A DNA stretch of 64,000 nt from an uncultured Candidatus Saccharibacteria bacterium (GCA_964405015.1 CAYOME010000001.1:77611-141610); one strand, 5' to 3'; positions 10,391 to 21,647 are shown, counted from the first letter of the stretch. Made by a program: numbers and translations. The notes: generated from the letters alone by a model not told the origin.

Positions 10391-12202
10391 TTAGTTATAT
10401 CCCTTTGCTTGTTTGTTAAAATTGCTTGCGTATATACCCTTACTCTTAATTAGTTCATCATGTGTACCCTCTTGAACAATATTTCCATCTCTTAATACAA
10501 TTATTCTATCAGCATTTCTTACAGTAGAAAACCTATGTGAGATTATCAATACTGTCTTGTTATCAAAGAAATTGTATATTCTGTTAAATATCTTGTACTC
10601 TGCATCTGCATCAATTGCACTAGTAGGTTCATCAAATATTGCAAATGGTGCATCTCTGTAAAAGAATCTAGCGATAGCAATCTTTTGTTGTTGACCCTTA
10701 CTTGGTTTAATACCTCCCTTAAATCTCTCACTCATTACTGTTTGATATCCTTTCTTGTATTTAAGTATGAACTCATGAGCATCTGCATTCTTTGCACATT
10801 CAACAATCCTATCCCTATCTATACTTTTAACAGATTTACCCATATATATATTCTCTTCTACAGTAAGACTGTCATAGAAGTTAAAATCTTGAAACAGTAC
10901 TCCAACATTCTTGTACCAATCATTTAGAGTAAGATCTTTAAGATCAGTGCCATTAATTAAAATCTCTCCTTCTTGAGGATCATATATCCTACAAAGAAGT
11001 TTAACCAATGTAGATTTACCAGCACCATTCTCTCCAACTATCGCTATCTTCTCACCTGCCTCAATCTTAAAAGTAAAGTTGTTAAAGATATTTCTTTTGT
11101 TGTTAGGATAGTGGAATGATACATTCTTGAATTCAATACTAGGGGGATTAATTAATCTTTCTAATCTAATAGTTCCATCAGGTACTACCGGTTTAAGTTT
11201 AAAGAATTCATACACCTCTTTCTCTTTTAATACGATGTCTGTAAACAAAACTATCTCAGAGGAAAACCAAGACATACCTCCATAAAAATTGTTAATGGCT
11301 CCAATATAGAAGGAGGTTTGGCCAATAGACACTACTTTGTTAAATGCCATCATAAAGACCTGTACAGAACCACCTAATACAACAAAAAGGTTTAGGAAGT
11401 CTACACCAAAGCTAGTAAATGATTCTGCCTTTACAATCTTTTTGTACCCACTATTAAAATAAATAAAAAAGTTTCTGAATTTTGCATCTAAATATTTATA
11501 CCCACCAACCAATGTTACTTCATCCATAGTTTCTGGTTCAGAAAGATATCCAGAAGCCCACCATGCTTTCCTTCTTTCCTGAGTATTTTTGTCAGAGGTT
11601 TGCCATTCAAAGTCCTTTTTAAGAAAATATCTACTCTGGAAATATGAAACTATTGAAATCAATATAATAGCAATTCCTACCCAAGCAGAAAAAGAAAATA
11701 CTACTAATGCAGAAACTGCTGTTTGTACAAAAGATGCAACAATTCTAACGATACCCTGATTCACATCTACAATATTATGTAACCAATCATGTGCAATATT
11801 TCTTTTGTTAGCAACACTGGGTAATTGGATAGTTTGAACTCCAAGTTCTAATATCTTTTCATATTCCATTTGCGAAAGATATGATTGAGAAATTCTTCTT
11901 CTAACCCTGTTTATATAGCTATCTACATTGTTCGCAATAATAGATAACAGTTGAACTAATCCTAATAGAGCTACCATTGGTAATATACCTTTTATATTCG
12001 CACTCTCAGTACCTATAAGTGCAATAAGGGAATCAATAATCCTTGCTACAATATATATATTTATCAACGATGTTAAATTCCTATATATCGTAGTTATAAA
12101 TGTAGTTACAGTAAGAAATGGAGACATATTCCAATTCAACTTCAAAGACCACAGTGAAATATCTATATAATCTTTAAAAGATAAGGATTTCTTTTTTGAC
12201 AT
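10391..12202 (-). CDS. ABC transporter, fused permease and ATPase
   Basis: N-terminal TM domain, GENGAGKST, SKGQQQK, FDEPTSAID, ISHRFSTV. Confidence 0.93.
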   Translation of the reverse strand: MSKKKSLSFKDYIDISLWSLKLNWNMSPFLTVTTFITTIYRNLTSLINIYIVARIIDSLIALIGTESANIKGILPMVALLGLVQLLSIIANNVDSYINRVRRRISQSYLSQMEYEKILELGVQTIQLPSVANKRNIAHDWLHNIVDVNQGIVRIVASFVQTAVSALVVFSFSAWVGIAIILISIVSYFQSRYFLKKDFEWQTSDKNTQERRKAWWASGYLSEPETMDEVTLVGGYKYLDAKFRNFFIYFNSGYKKIVKAESFTSFGVDFLNLFVVLGGSVQVFMMAFNKVVSIGQTSFYIGAINNFYGGMSWFSSEIVLFTDIVLKEKEVYEFFKLKPVVPDGTIRLERLINPPSIEFKNVSFHYPNNKRNIFNNFTFKIEAGEKIAIVGENGAGKSTLVKLLCRIYDPQEGEILINGTDLKDLTLNDWYKNVGVLFQDFNFYDSLTVEENIYMGKSVKSIDRDRIVECAKNADAHEFILKYKKGYQTVMSERFKGGIKPSKGQQQKIAIARFFYRDAPFAIFDEPTSAIDADAEYKIFNRIYNFFDNKTVLIISHRFSTVRNADRIIVLRDGNIVQEGTHDELIKSKGIYASNFNKQAKGYN

Positions 12203-12308
12203 ATATATTTAGAAAAAGGCAATTTTAACTATGAATAATATCAAACAAACGCATTCTGATGCAATATTGTATACATTTAACCCTTCTGGTATAATATAAA
12301 TGTAGTAA

Positions 12309-13019
12309 TTACTTACTTAAATACATCTTTCTCTCCTTTTCATCCATTCTCTCAATAGCATATCTTAATGTAGTTCTACTCATAGATGAGATGTTCTCAT
12401 TAAGGAATTCTCTCAATACATTAATATCTCTCTTACCAACCTCTCTTAACATCCATCCTACAGCTTTGTGAATTAAATCGTGTTTGTGATTTAACAATTC
12501 TTTAGAAATCTTCAAGGTATCTTCAAAAATATTTCTTCTAATGAAAGAGTAGGTAGATACAATTGATATCCTTTGTTTCCAAAGATCATTGGATTTAACT
12601 AAGGTATACAGGATATCCTTCCTTTGAGAATTTAAATACAAATATTCACCAACAATCTTACTACAAGAAAGATCTACAATATCCCAATTGTTTACACCAT
12701 TAAGATTTTCAATATAGAAATTAAAGATCTTTTCTTTACCAACAGTATCTTCTTTTTCAAATTTGTATGTCAAAATAATATAACCCAGTAACCTTACCTC
12801 ATGTATGGGACTTTCTACTAATTCCTTAACATCTGTTATTTGAATATCCTTGTAATATTTCTTAGCAACAAGTCGTATATTAGGTACTGTAACTCCCCAG
12901 AATGTATCACCATATCCATATTCTCCTTTGGCTGTTTTGAAAAATCGAGGAAAGAAAAGAGCTTTTTCTTTGTTACTAAGTTCTTTAAGTTCCTTTAAGA
13001 TAGCGTTAGAGATATTCAT
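12309..13019 (-). CDS. DNA alkylation repair protein (AlkD-like)
   Basis: RFFKTAKGEYGYGD, NNWDIVD, DLIHKAVGWMLREVGK, RTTLRYAIER; start placed at MNISN. Confidence 0.92.
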   Translation of the reverse strand: MNISNAILKELKELSNKEKALFFPRFFKTAKGEYGYGDTFWGVTVPNIRLVAKKYYKDIQITDVKELVESPIHEVRLLGYIILTYKFEKEDTVGKEKIFNFYIENLNGVNNWDIVDLSCSKIVGEYLYLNSQRKDILYTLVKSNDLWKQRISIVSTYSFIRRNIFEDTLKISKELLNHKHDLIHKAVGWMLREVGKRDINVLREFLNENISSMSRTTLRYAIERMDEKERKMYLSK

Positions 13020-13060
13020 ATGTAATAATAGCATCAGAAATTAAACTTACGTATACACAT

Positions 13061-14428
13061 ATGAAACTAATATCCCAATTCTCTAACAAATACAACAATA
13101 TTACATACAAAACATATGAACTAGATAATGGAATTAAGGTATTACACTTAGATAACCCTGCAACAATTGATTTCGATTTTGCATTAATATTTAAAGCTGG
13201 TAGTTCATTTGAAACTAAAGAAGACGTACCTAGAGGTACTGCACATTTCTTAGAGCATATGTTACTTAATCCTAATTCTACATTTAAAACAAAAGAAGAA
13301 GTGGATAGATTTGAACAAGGTAATAAAGAGAGGCCAGCAATATATTCAAATGCATATACCACTAGAAAATATATATATATTACATGTCACTCTAACGAAC
13401 AGGGAGATATGAGGGTATTAGATCGTATGGAGAGTGTATTACAATTCCCTAAAAAGAAATTTGCAAATCAAATGGAAAAGGAAAGGGGAATAATATTAGC
13501 AGAGAAGAGTAGGAAACCTAAGAAAGAGAAAGATGGATATCTAATGAGTTTGGAATTCCTTTTTAAGGGTATACAAGATGAATTCACATATGACATATTG
13601 GGAGAAAGTGATGATATTAAAAATATTAATATTGATCATTTAGAGAAATTCTTCAAAAACAGGTTTGTATCTGGTAATTGTACCCTCGCTATACAAAGTA
13701 ATGGAGATTTAAAAAAGAGTGTAGAGAACAAATTAGAAGAGATATCAAAATGTATTGCTTTAGGTGAGGTTAATAACCTACGTGAAGTAGAATTAGAGAA
13801 TAGGTTTAGGATAGGGACATTTACAGAGGAAAGAGCTAATGGTATCAGTGTTTCATTAATATATTTTAATAAGGAAGATAGAAAGATAGATTACAAGAAA
13901 TACGCTGTTGAATATATTACTGGTAGGTTAATAGATTGGCTCTCTTTTGATATTTTAAGAGAGAAGATGAGTTTAATATATGATTTTTCGGTATTTAAGA
14001 ATAGTAATCTTTCATTTGATTACTCAATGAGTGGTTTTAGGTTTGTTACAGAGAAAGAGAAGATGCCTAAGATGTTGGATGAATTTTCTAAGTTACTTCA
14101 TACAACAACATTTAGTTTTCTTAAAACTAAAAGGGGTAAGGAGTGGTTTGATGATGTAATTAGTACATATATATTTCCTAGAACTACAAAATTTAATGAA
14201 GAATTAGCTGAAAATGGTGTAGTTGTACTGTTAGAAGATAGTGAGATATTTAATTCAAATACAGCTATTAGAGAAGCTAAAAAGGTAACTATAGAGGATA
14301 TTAAAGAATATTTAAATCAAAGACTATCAATATCTCCTCATATTTGGGTAGAGAGTGATCTTTCAAAGAAAGATATGGAGAAAATGATTAAGGAATCACC
14401 TTTTTACAAGGAGTTTAATGGGGTATAA
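13061..14428 (+). CDS. M16 (insulinase) family zinc peptidase
   Basis: LDNGIKV, GTAHFLEHM (HxxEH), NAYT, EKERGIILAE. Confidence 0.88.
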   Translation: MKLISQFSNKYNNITYKTYELDNGIKVLHLDNPATIDFDFALIFKAGSSFETKEDVPRGTAHFLEHMLLNPNSTFKTKEEVDRFEQGNKERPAIYSNAYTTRKYIYITCHSNEQGDMRVLDRMESVLQFPKKKFANQMEKERGIILAEKSRKPKKEKDGYLMSLEFLFKGIQDEFTYDILGESDDIKNINIDHLEKFFKNRFVSGNCTLAIQSNGDLKKSVENKLEEISKCIALGEVNNLREVELENRFRIGTFTEERANGISVSLIYFNKEDRKIDYKKYAVEYITGRLIDWLSFDILREKMSLIYDFSVFKNSNLSFDYSMSGFRFVTEKEKMPKMLDEFSKLLHTTTFSFLKTKRGKEWFDDVISTYIFPRTTKFNEELAENGVVVLLEDSEIFNSNTAIREAKKVTIEDIKEYLNQRLSISPHIWVESDLSKKDMEKMIKESPFYKEFNGV

Positions 14429-14465
14429 TAGGGGATTAAATATTAAGATCATTGAACTACATATC

Positions 14466-14861
14466 ATGGTAGAAATAGAATATACCGAAGAATATCAAAA
14501 GAATTCTGCAGAATTTTTAGAGACTCTCTCCTTTTATGGTATAGAAGCAGAAAGGGCCCCAATATATATAAACCAATTAATAGGAGCTATAACTACAAAG
14601 GTACACATTACTCGTCCGAGATTAGAGAACGCATATACGATATGTCCATACAACGCCACTATCTATGAATTCGAAGGCTCGAGATATCTTCAAATAGATA
14701 CACGTTTCAACCTATTACCTGAGTACGTGTATGATGCAATAGAGGGTATTTCCATTCTCTTTCCATTAAATGGTTGGGGAAGAGTTGATCTTGATACAAA
14801 TGAGATAGAGACACAAGTTGATTGGGAAGAACTTTACATTGAGGTTAACGAAGAAAAGTAG
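14466..14861 (+). CDS. Hypothetical protein, paralog of 14870..15250
   Basis: ORF; shares YGI..Y..Y(L/I)Q..T.F..FP..G..W pattern with the next gene; start placed at MVEIEY. Confidence 0.6.
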   Translation: MVEIEYTEEYQKNSAEFLETLSFYGIEAERAPIYINQLIGAITTKVHITRPRLENAYTICPYNATIYEFEGSRYLQIDTRFNLLPEYVYDAIEGISILFPLNGWGRVDLDTNEIETQVDWEELYIEVNEEK

Positions 14862-14869
14862 AAAGAAAC

Positions 14870-15250
14870 ATGGCCGAAAGAAGAGAATCACCATCCTTTA
14901 TCAATGAATACAACCTCTTAATTGAGGCTTTACCTAATTATGGTATTACACAGGAACAGTTCGATACATATCTTAATGAAATGATCGATAGGATTCAATA
15001 TATTGTAGATGATCAAGGTAGAATACCATCATATTCATACCTAATGGATGTATATCATCTAAGAATATTAAACAATGAAGATGGTACATATATACAAGTA
15101 GGTACTACATTTGAAGTCCTAGAAGGGAAAAAAGATGACTTAGTAGCTAATAAAGGATGGATATATTTTCCATTTAAGGGTGATTGTGAATTTAATCTCG
15201 CTTCTCAAGAAATGTATACCAATATCACATGGCATCATATTAGAGCATAA
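14870..15250 (+). CDS. Hypothetical protein, paralog of 14466..14861
   Basis: ORF; aligns by eye with the preceding gene. Confidence 0.65.
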   Translation: MAERRESPSFINEYNLLIEALPNYGITQEQFDTYLNEMIDRIQYIVDDQGRIPSYSYLMDVYHLRILNNEDGTYIQVGTTFEVLEGKKDDLVANKGWIYFPFKGDCEFNLASQEMYTNITWHHIRA

Positions 15251-15296
15251 TTGTAATAAATAGGTTACAATATCTAATAACTTTATCCATATTCAA

Positions 15297-15971
15297 ATGG
15301 AAGAACAAATAACTAATCCAGTAGAAGTACCTGTTAAAAAGAAAAGTAATGGATGTTTAATATCCTTTCTAGTTCTTTTAGTAATATTCATATTACTTGG
15401 TGTAGTAGGATATCTTTCATACAAAGAAATAGTAGAAAAGTTTAAACCAAAAGATTTAGGAATATCATATTCACAAGAAGATCTTACTGATTTCTTTAAC
15501 AATGTTGGTTTAGATGCAGATCCAGAGAAGATATGTATAGGGTGTGAAGTACCTGTATACTCAGATCCTAAGGAAGTAAACTTAGTTATCACTAATGAAC
15601 AAGCTTCTGCAGCATTTGAATATATTAATGAGAATATGCCAGTAGGTAGTATTAGTAATACTCAGATTAAGTTTAATGATGGTTTAGCAGAAGTAACTAC
15701 TACTCTTTCATACAATGGACAAACATTCCCTATATATCTAGCAGGTACTTTAGAAAAAGATACTATTACATCTGTAAAGGGTAATATACAATCACTTAAA
15801 GCAGGTGGTATATCTGTACCAGAGAGTATTGTACAGGTAGCAGAGGAAGGTATTCTTTCAATATTTAACAAGACTCTTTCAGATATTGGTGATAACGTAA
15901 GGATAGATGTGTTAGAGATTACTTCGGATGGTTTAGTATTTGAGGGTATATTACCTTCTAAGGCTAAATAG
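15297..15971 (+). CDS. Membrane-anchored hypothetical protein
   Basis: KKKSNGCLI followed by one TM helix and a soluble domain. Confidence 0.7.
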   Translation: MEEQITNPVEVPVKKKSNGCLISFLVLLVIFILLGVVGYLSYKEIVEKFKPKDLGISYSQEDLTDFFNNVGLDADPEKICIGCEVPVYSDPKEVNLVITNEQASAAFEYINENMPVGSISNTQIKFNDGLAEVTTTLSYNGQTFPIYLAGTLEKDTITSVKGNIQSLKAGGISVPESIVQVAEEGILSIFNKTLSDIGDNVRIDVLEITSDGLVFEGILPSKAK

Positions 15972-16016
15972 GTGATATAAATATTTGAAGAAGTAGGGTA
16001 TAATATTTGTCATTAT

Positions 16017-16094
16017 GGTGGCTATAGCTCAATTGGTTAGAGCATCGGTTTGTGGAACCGAGGGTTGTGGGTTCAAGTCCCATTAGCCACCCCA
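16017..16094 (+). tRNA. tRNA-His(GTG)
   Basis: G-1 plus GTGGCTA/TAGCCAC acceptor stem, anticodon arm TCGGT-TTGTGGA-ACCGA, GGTTCAAGTCC T-arm, C discriminator, encoded CCA; TATAAT at 15999-16004. Confidence 0.98.
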
Positions 16095-17576
16095 TTCTTG
16101 AGTTTTATTCAAATCGTATATCAGGTTAAACGGACTTTTCAGCTCTACATAGAGTTTTTTGTCGTCTACTTCAAGGTTCGAGGAAAGCATTCCTAGGAGT
16201 TGTCGTTTTCTTTCAATTTTCGAACTTTCAAATATTTCCCAAGCTCTTGATGTTATAGAAATTAGGTCTGTAACAACCTTTCCGTAGTTTATACTTGCAT
16301 CAAAGTATCTGTTCTTCTTTTCTTGTAACGACTCTTGTTCATCCTTCAATGACATTGCTTTTTTATCGTATATATCCTGTGTAATACTCTTCTTCAATGC
16401 AAAGTCCAGTAAAGTATCTAACTCTTTATCAAGTTCCTTTAAGCGTTTATCTATCCTTTCAACCTGTTCATCTTCAAATTTTCTTTTTTCTTTACTTATC
16501 CTGTTAATATCCCCAATGATTTCATCCATATATTCTGGAGGGATGACTAGTCCCTCCAAATAACTTTTGAGTTGCTCTAAAAGTATCTTTTCTGATACAT
16601 TCATATTTCCGCACTCTTCTTTTGAAGTGTTACATTGAGCATAGTTATTACCCTTTGTAGTGTATGTAGAAAACATCTTTCCACACTTCTTACATCTTAA
16701 TAGCCCTTTGAATATGTATTCCTTATCTCGATACCTTTCTGCATATCTAGATTTACCATCCTTAACCTCTTGGCATACATCAAACAGTTCTTTTGAAATG
16801 ATAGTTCCAAAATTATGAGGGTAATTAGTCTCTTTTATCCTGTATATTCCATAGTAGATAGGGTCTTTGAGCATTCTTTCAATATGAGATGTTGAAATAG
16901 GTCTCTCAATTCCACCTTTACCTTTTGTGGTTAATCCTTTTTCTCGCATTAGCTTTGCAAGTTTTTTGAAAGAGTATGTGCCTGTTGAATATAGTTCAAA
17001 GGCTTCTTTTACAAGTGGAGCTTTCTCTATGTCTAAAACCCCTTTAGAGCGTTCCTTACCGCTTATATTAACTCTTTGGTTAAGATACCCAACAGGAAGT
17101 TTCCCAATAGGTCTGCCTTGTGCTAGGTTTTCTTCTAGAGCCTTCCTAGTATTGTCGCTAACATACATACAATACATTTTTGCGCCCATAATAGACATAT
17201 CGTATCTTATCCAACTATCTGTTTTGGATTTACTGTCTATTACTAAATTTTCAGAAACGAAGTGTAAAATGACTTTACCATCTCGAATATTCTCATCAAG
17301 ATACACTTGTTCCTTGAAACCTCTTTGGAATCTATCAACTCTATCTGTAATTATTGCTAACGGCTCTTTTCCTGTCTGTTCGATAGCGTCATCTACAATC
17401 TTTAGGAATTTCTTTCTTTCGCCTCTAGTAGAGCTTTCTACTATTTGATAAGGCTCGTGGAGTAACTCAAAGTTCTTATCTTTGATATAATTATCTAACC
17501 TTCGGAGTTGTGCTTCTAGGGATAAACCATCTTCTTGGTCTCTAGAAGACACTCTAGCTATGATTATTGCTTTCAT
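16083..17576 (-). CDS. Large serine recombinase 1 (integrated form ending inside the tRNA)
   Basis: IARVSSRDQ catalytic Ser, DRVDRFQR, PVGY, Zn ribbon CKKC..C..C, coiled coil; the final WGG-stop is read antisense from the tRNA acceptor arm. Confidence 0.95.
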   Translation of the reverse strand: MKAIIIARVSSRDQEDGLSLEAQLRRLDNYIKDKNFELLHEPYQIVESSTRGERKKFLKIVDDAIEQTGKEPLAIITDRVDRFQRGFKEQVYLDENIRDGKVILHFVSENLVIDSKSKTDSWIRYDMSIMGAKMYCMYVSDNTRKALEENLAQGRPIGKLPVGYLNQRVNISGKERSKGVLDIEKAPLVKEAFELYSTGTYSFKKLAKLMREKGLTTKGKGGIERPISTSHIERMLKDPIYYGIYRIKETNYPHNFGTIISKELFDVCQEVKDGKSRYAERYRDKEYIFKGLLRCKKCGKMFSTYTTKGNNYAQCNTSKEECGNMNVSEKILLEQLKSYLEGLVIPPEYMDEIIGDINRISKEKRKFEDEQVERIDKRLKELDKELDTLLDFALKKSITQDIYDKKAMSLKDEQESLQEKKNRYFDASINYGKVVTDLISITSRAWEIFESSKIERKRQLLGMLSSNLEVDDKKLYVELKSPFNLIYDLNKTQEWGG

Positions 17577-20061
17577 CAGTGTAATTCATTCTAAAACTTA
17601 TTCTATTTTCATAATTATCTTGCTTGACTAATTCGTAATAGAATTTATCATTCAGCTTTGCCTTCACTACACCTTCAGCTTCTAATCTTTCTATGGACAT
17701 TTCATTGATAAAATTGAATAAGTCTCCTTTATACAATGTGTCTTTGTTGCCTTCTAAATGCTCACCTTTGCTTTCAACAATATAGACAAAATCAAGTTTT
17801 CCATCCTCATCCTTCTTTGCTACCACAAAGTCAGGTCTAACCTTATCTTTTTGCCATCCTTGAATTGCATACCAGCCCTTACTTGCTCTATTTCTAACCC
17901 ACCAAATGGTGTTTTTTTGTCTTTCTAAATGCTTCGCGACATCAAGCTCTAATCCGTTTATGCTTGTAATATCAAAGTCTTCATATAGGTAATACTTGTA
18001 TGGGTTGTGCGGATAATCTTTGATTTTATCTTGCTCTGGTAATCTGAAACCAATTTCCTTGTCGCTAACTGCTATTACAAGTGTTTTGTCATCAACCATC
18101 CTATTAAATATCTCTTTTTCTTGGACTCTTTTGATATTTTCAAATGCTTTGATAATTTCAGAAATGATAAAACCATTATATTTACCTAAATCTTTTTCGT
18201 CTTTTACTTTCTTGATAAGTAACTTAAACAACTTTTCTGAAATATATCTAGATACAAAGGCATTTTCTATATAGTCATTTAATCTTCTTGTTAAGTATTC
18301 TGTATCGAAATGAACATCACTAAACCTTACTTCACTGCTCATACTCTCTGTGATAGCTCCTTCATCCATACCAACCTTAATAAGTGTTGTTTCAAATGTC
18401 TCATTGCCAATTAAAGGAATAATACCATCTGTTATAGTTTCCAAATCAACTCCTTCATAATCAATCTTTGGCTTTATATCTACACTATAGTTAAACTCTC
18501 TGTATAAACCATTCTTCTCTTTTATTAGCCATAAAGGAAGATACAAACTTTCAGGATACTTCTCTTTTAGCTCTCTCTTAATCTTCACGACCTTTGTTAC
18601 TGATTCACTTGTTTCAGTTTCTGTATTGATACTGTATTTGGCTAAATCATCAAGTCCTTCGTTCTTAAATCCATTCTTGATTGTAGTTAGAATATTTTGA
18701 GTATGTCCGTTACAGTAATAAATATAGCTCTCGTCTAGGATTGGAGTTCCAGTCTTCTTGCCAAATGGTTGTCTTAAGACTCTTCCTACTAACTGGGTTA
18801 CGCTTGTATTTGAATTTACATTAGGGATAATTCCCAAAATATATGCAAACGGACAATCCCAACCTTCTTTTAGAGCATCTTTAGTTATTATGTATCTGAT
18901 AGGGCATTCTCTCGAAAGAAGGTCTATATTTTCAATATCATTTACACTACTTGTTTTTATAGCGATTTCTTCATCGGGAACACCTATGTCCTTTAGATAT
19001 TCTTTAATATCTTCACTATGCACAAAACCTTTTCCTCTCTGCTCTTTACCAGTTCTTTCTACTTGTATCAAGGCTATTGGTCTTATGTATTGTCCTGTGT
19101 TACTGTCATAATCTTTAGCTACTTTCTCTATCTTCTCTCTATAATCCTTAATCTCTTTCGTCATTGTTTGCCAATCTTCATTGCTAGTTGGAGCAATTAT
19201 GTTCATATCCAGCTTAACCATTTCTGCATCTTTTAGCTCTTGTCCTGTTACAGAAACCAATACATTCATTCCTGCCTTTGGAGTTGCTGAAAAACCTACA
19301 ACCATAGAAGGATTTAATCCATTAACAGTTTCAATTGCCTTTGGTGAGAATACTTTGTGTATTTCATCAATGATAATAAGAGGTCTTGTCAACCTTAAGA
19401 CATTTCCTAAACTTGTTTTAACCTGTGGCATAAAAGAATTAACACCTTGAAAGACATCAAGATTAGGAACTTTTTCTAATAGCTCGTGATGTAAGTCATA
19501 TCTGTTATCTTGTGGAAAGAAAGAGTTGTATGAGCCACTATCCATAAACACTTTGAGGCTTTCTTTTGTAGTTCTATTTACTGATTGAATCATAAGCATA
19601 AGAACTACAAGGTTTTCTTCTACATCTTCCGCTCTTAATTCCTGATTCTTTTCTACAATAAGAGTATGTCCTGCACTTGCTTGGTCTAGTAGTTGTCTAT
19701 ATGGGTCTGCTTTATCTCTTAACCTTTCTACTGTTTGAGAGTAGATAATTTCAGATGGAACTATCCATACAACAAGTCCTGTTTTTCTTTTAGCAAATAT
19801 GTCTTGATACTGTCTTATTGTATCTACTGCCAAGAGCGTTTTACCGCCCCCTGTAGGAACTTTAATACACAGTCGAGGGTAGAACTCATTTAGACCATTT
19901 CTATCCATATCTGGGACTCTAGAGAGTCCTACCTTATTGAATGCTAGTTGAACCCAAGCGTCTGGGTCAACATCCTTCAACAAGCTTCTTACTTCAGATG
20001 CTGTTTCTAGGTAATCTTTGAGCTTTTTAGCTACTTTTGTTTGATATGGCTTGAATATCAT
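17554..20061 (-). CDS. res: Type III-like restriction subunit (SF2 helicase plus PD-(D/E)xK nuclease)
   Basis: PTGGGKT, IIDEIH, LKEGWDCP, QLVGRVLR, RPDF...VESKG. Confidence 0.9.
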   Translation of the reverse strand: MIFKPYQTKVAKKLKDYLETASEVRSLLKDVDPDAWVQLAFNKVGLSRVPDMDRNGLNEFYPRLCIKVPTGGGKTLLAVDTIRQYQDIFAKRKTGLVVWIVPSEIIYSQTVERLRDKADPYRQLLDQASAGHTLIVEKNQELRAEDVEENLVVLMLMIQSVNRTTKESLKVFMDSGSYNSFFPQDNRYDLHHELLEKVPNLDVFQGVNSFMPQVKTSLGNVLRLTRPLIIIDEIHKVFSPKAIETVNGLNPSMVVGFSATPKAGMNVLVSVTGQELKDAEMVKLDMNIIAPTSNEDWQTMTKEIKDYREKIEKVAKDYDSNTGQYIRPIALIQVERTGKEQRGKGFVHSEDIKEYLKDIGVPDEEIAIKTSSVNDIENIDLLSRECPIRYIITKDALKEGWDCPFAYILGIIPNVNSNTSVTQLVGRVLRQPFGKKTGTPILDESYIYYCNGHTQNILTTIKNGFKNEGLDDLAKYSINTETETSESVTKVVKIKRELKEKYPESLYLPLWLIKEKNGLYREFNYSVDIKPKIDYEGVDLETITDGIIPLIGNETFETTLIKVGMDEGAITESMSSEVRFSDVHFDTEYLTRRLNDYIENAFVSRYISEKLFKLLIKKVKDEKDLGKYNGFIISEIIKAFENIKRVQEKEIFNRMVDDKTLVIAVSDKEIGFRLPEQDKIKDYPHNPYKYYLYEDFDITSINGLELDVAKHLERQKNTIWWVRNRASKGWYAIQGWQKDKVRPDFVVAKKDEDGKLDFVYIVESKGEHLEGNKDTLYKGDLFNFINEMSIERLEAEGVVKAKLNDKFYYELVKQDNYENRISFRMNYTDESNNHS

Positions 20062-20063
20062 CG

Positions 20064-21647
20064 CTATTTTTCTCTTTCAAATAGGTTATACGGAATACTT
20101 ACGAACTTGATATTGAATTGCTCCAAGTATTCATCATCCATAAAACAAGCAGGTGCATATACAATCTTTTTAGTCTCATTCCCTTCGGAAATTTCTTTAG
20201 CCCATTCAAAGGTTATAGCCATCTTCTTAAGTTCTTCCATATCAGGAGTGTAGAGTAGGTATACTTCTGTGTGGTCTACTTTTCCTGCTAGATATTTCTT
20301 TTCATCTATATCTTTGTCTTTTGGTGATTGTCCTGTTGCAAGGTAATACACATATTTCGCTAATTGTTTATATGTAGGCAATTGTCCTGATAGTATCGTT
20401 TCAGCATCTATTGGTTGTCCAACTCTTCTATATTCAAAACCAATATCTTTATTTGTTAATTTCTTCTCAATTACTTTTACAACTCTCTCTCTTGTAATAT
20501 CTCTTGCAATATTCTTCTTTGGCTCCTTTTCACTGTTTTCAGGCATTTGAATAAGGATAAATTTTCTATTACCTTCGTCTTCTTCATTTAACTCTAAAAC
20601 TGCTTGTGCTGTAGTTCCTGAACCTGCAAAAGCATCTAGAATAATGCCATCTTTATTTGGCGATAAACTAATTAAATGTTTAAGTAAAGTAACTGGTTTT
20701 GGGTTCTCAAACAGACTTTCCTCGCCAAGTAACTCTCGTAAATCACGGCTTGCTGAATCTGTTGTTCCATATAAATCGAGCAAATTGGGTTGAGCAGAAA
20801 GGCTGTCTTCTTCTTCGAAATCGTATATTTTTAATCGAACAATTCCATCGTCACCTTTTACAAAACGACCCTTCTCTTCAAGGGCTAAAGCTTTATCTTT
20901 GCCTATTTGCCATCTTTTCCCTCTGCGTGGCTTTTGTCCCAGTATCTCGAATTGCATAGAGTCCCTTTTATAGCTTCCAGTGTTTTTCTTCTCTATAACA
21001 CTTAATCTATAATTACCCTCTTCATCATCGTATGGATATTCCCTTGTTTCAGAACTTCTTACCCTTGGGTTCAACTTTGCTTTTGTAGTTTTGGAATAGC
21101 ATAAAATATACTCCGTAAGAGAGCTAACCTCTGCACCTGTTACATTGGATGTTGTTCCTTTCTTCTTCCATAGAAAGGTTGCCTTAAAATTTTCATCAGT
21201 AAAAATTTCATCCATAATGTCTCGAAGGCGGTGTATTTCGTTATCGTCGAGACTAATAAAAATCACCCCACTTTCAGAGAGCAACTCCCTCATAAGTTTT
21301 AATCTTGGAGTCATCATAGATAACCATTTATCGTGTCTTGTTAAATCATCAGAACCTACTTCTTTACCTATCCATTCCTTTACCAAAGGGCTGTTTACAT
21401 TGTCGTTGTAAACCCAGCCCTCATTTCCTGTGTTGTAAGGCGGGTCTATATAGATACAATCAACTTTCCCTGTGTATTGTGGTAACAAGCTCTTCAACGC
21501 GGGCAAATTATCACCTTCAATAATCAAGTTTCCATCTGCTTTATCCTGTTTATATGAGAGTTTTTCATCTAAATCTAAAGTATGGTATGGAACTGACATA
21601 TGATGATTCCATATTATGTTTTTACCCTTAAATTGTAGAGTTGCCAT
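20064..21647 (-). CDS. mod: Type III-like adenine DNA methyltransferase
   Basis: IIEGDNL, IYIDPPYNTG, PKPVTL, DAFAGSGTTA. Confidence 0.93.
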   Translation of the reverse strand: MATLQFKGKNIIWNHHMSVPYHTLDLDEKLSYKQDKADGNLIIEGDNLPALKSLLPQYTGKVDCIYIDPPYNTGNEGWVYNDNVNSPLVKEWIGKEVGSDDLTRHDKWLSMMTPRLKLMRELLSESGVIFISLDDNEIHRLRDIMDEIFTDENFKATFLWKKKGTTSNVTGAEVSSLTEYILCYSKTTKAKLNPRVRSSETREYPYDDEEGNYRLSVIEKKNTGSYKRDSMQFEILGQKPRRGKRWQIGKDKALALEEKGRFVKGDDGIVRLKIYDFEEEDSLSAQPNLLDLYGTTDSASRDLRELLGEESLFENPKPVTLLKHLISLSPNKDGIILDAFAGSGTTAQAVLELNEEDEGNRKFILIQMPENSEKEPKKNIARDITRERVVKVIEKKLTNKDIGFEYRRVGQPIDAETILSGQLPTYKQLAKYVYYLATGQSPKDKDIDEKKYLAGKVDHTEVYLLYTPDMEELKKMAITFEWAKEISEGNETKKIVYAPACFMDDEYLEQFNIKFVSIPYNLFEREK

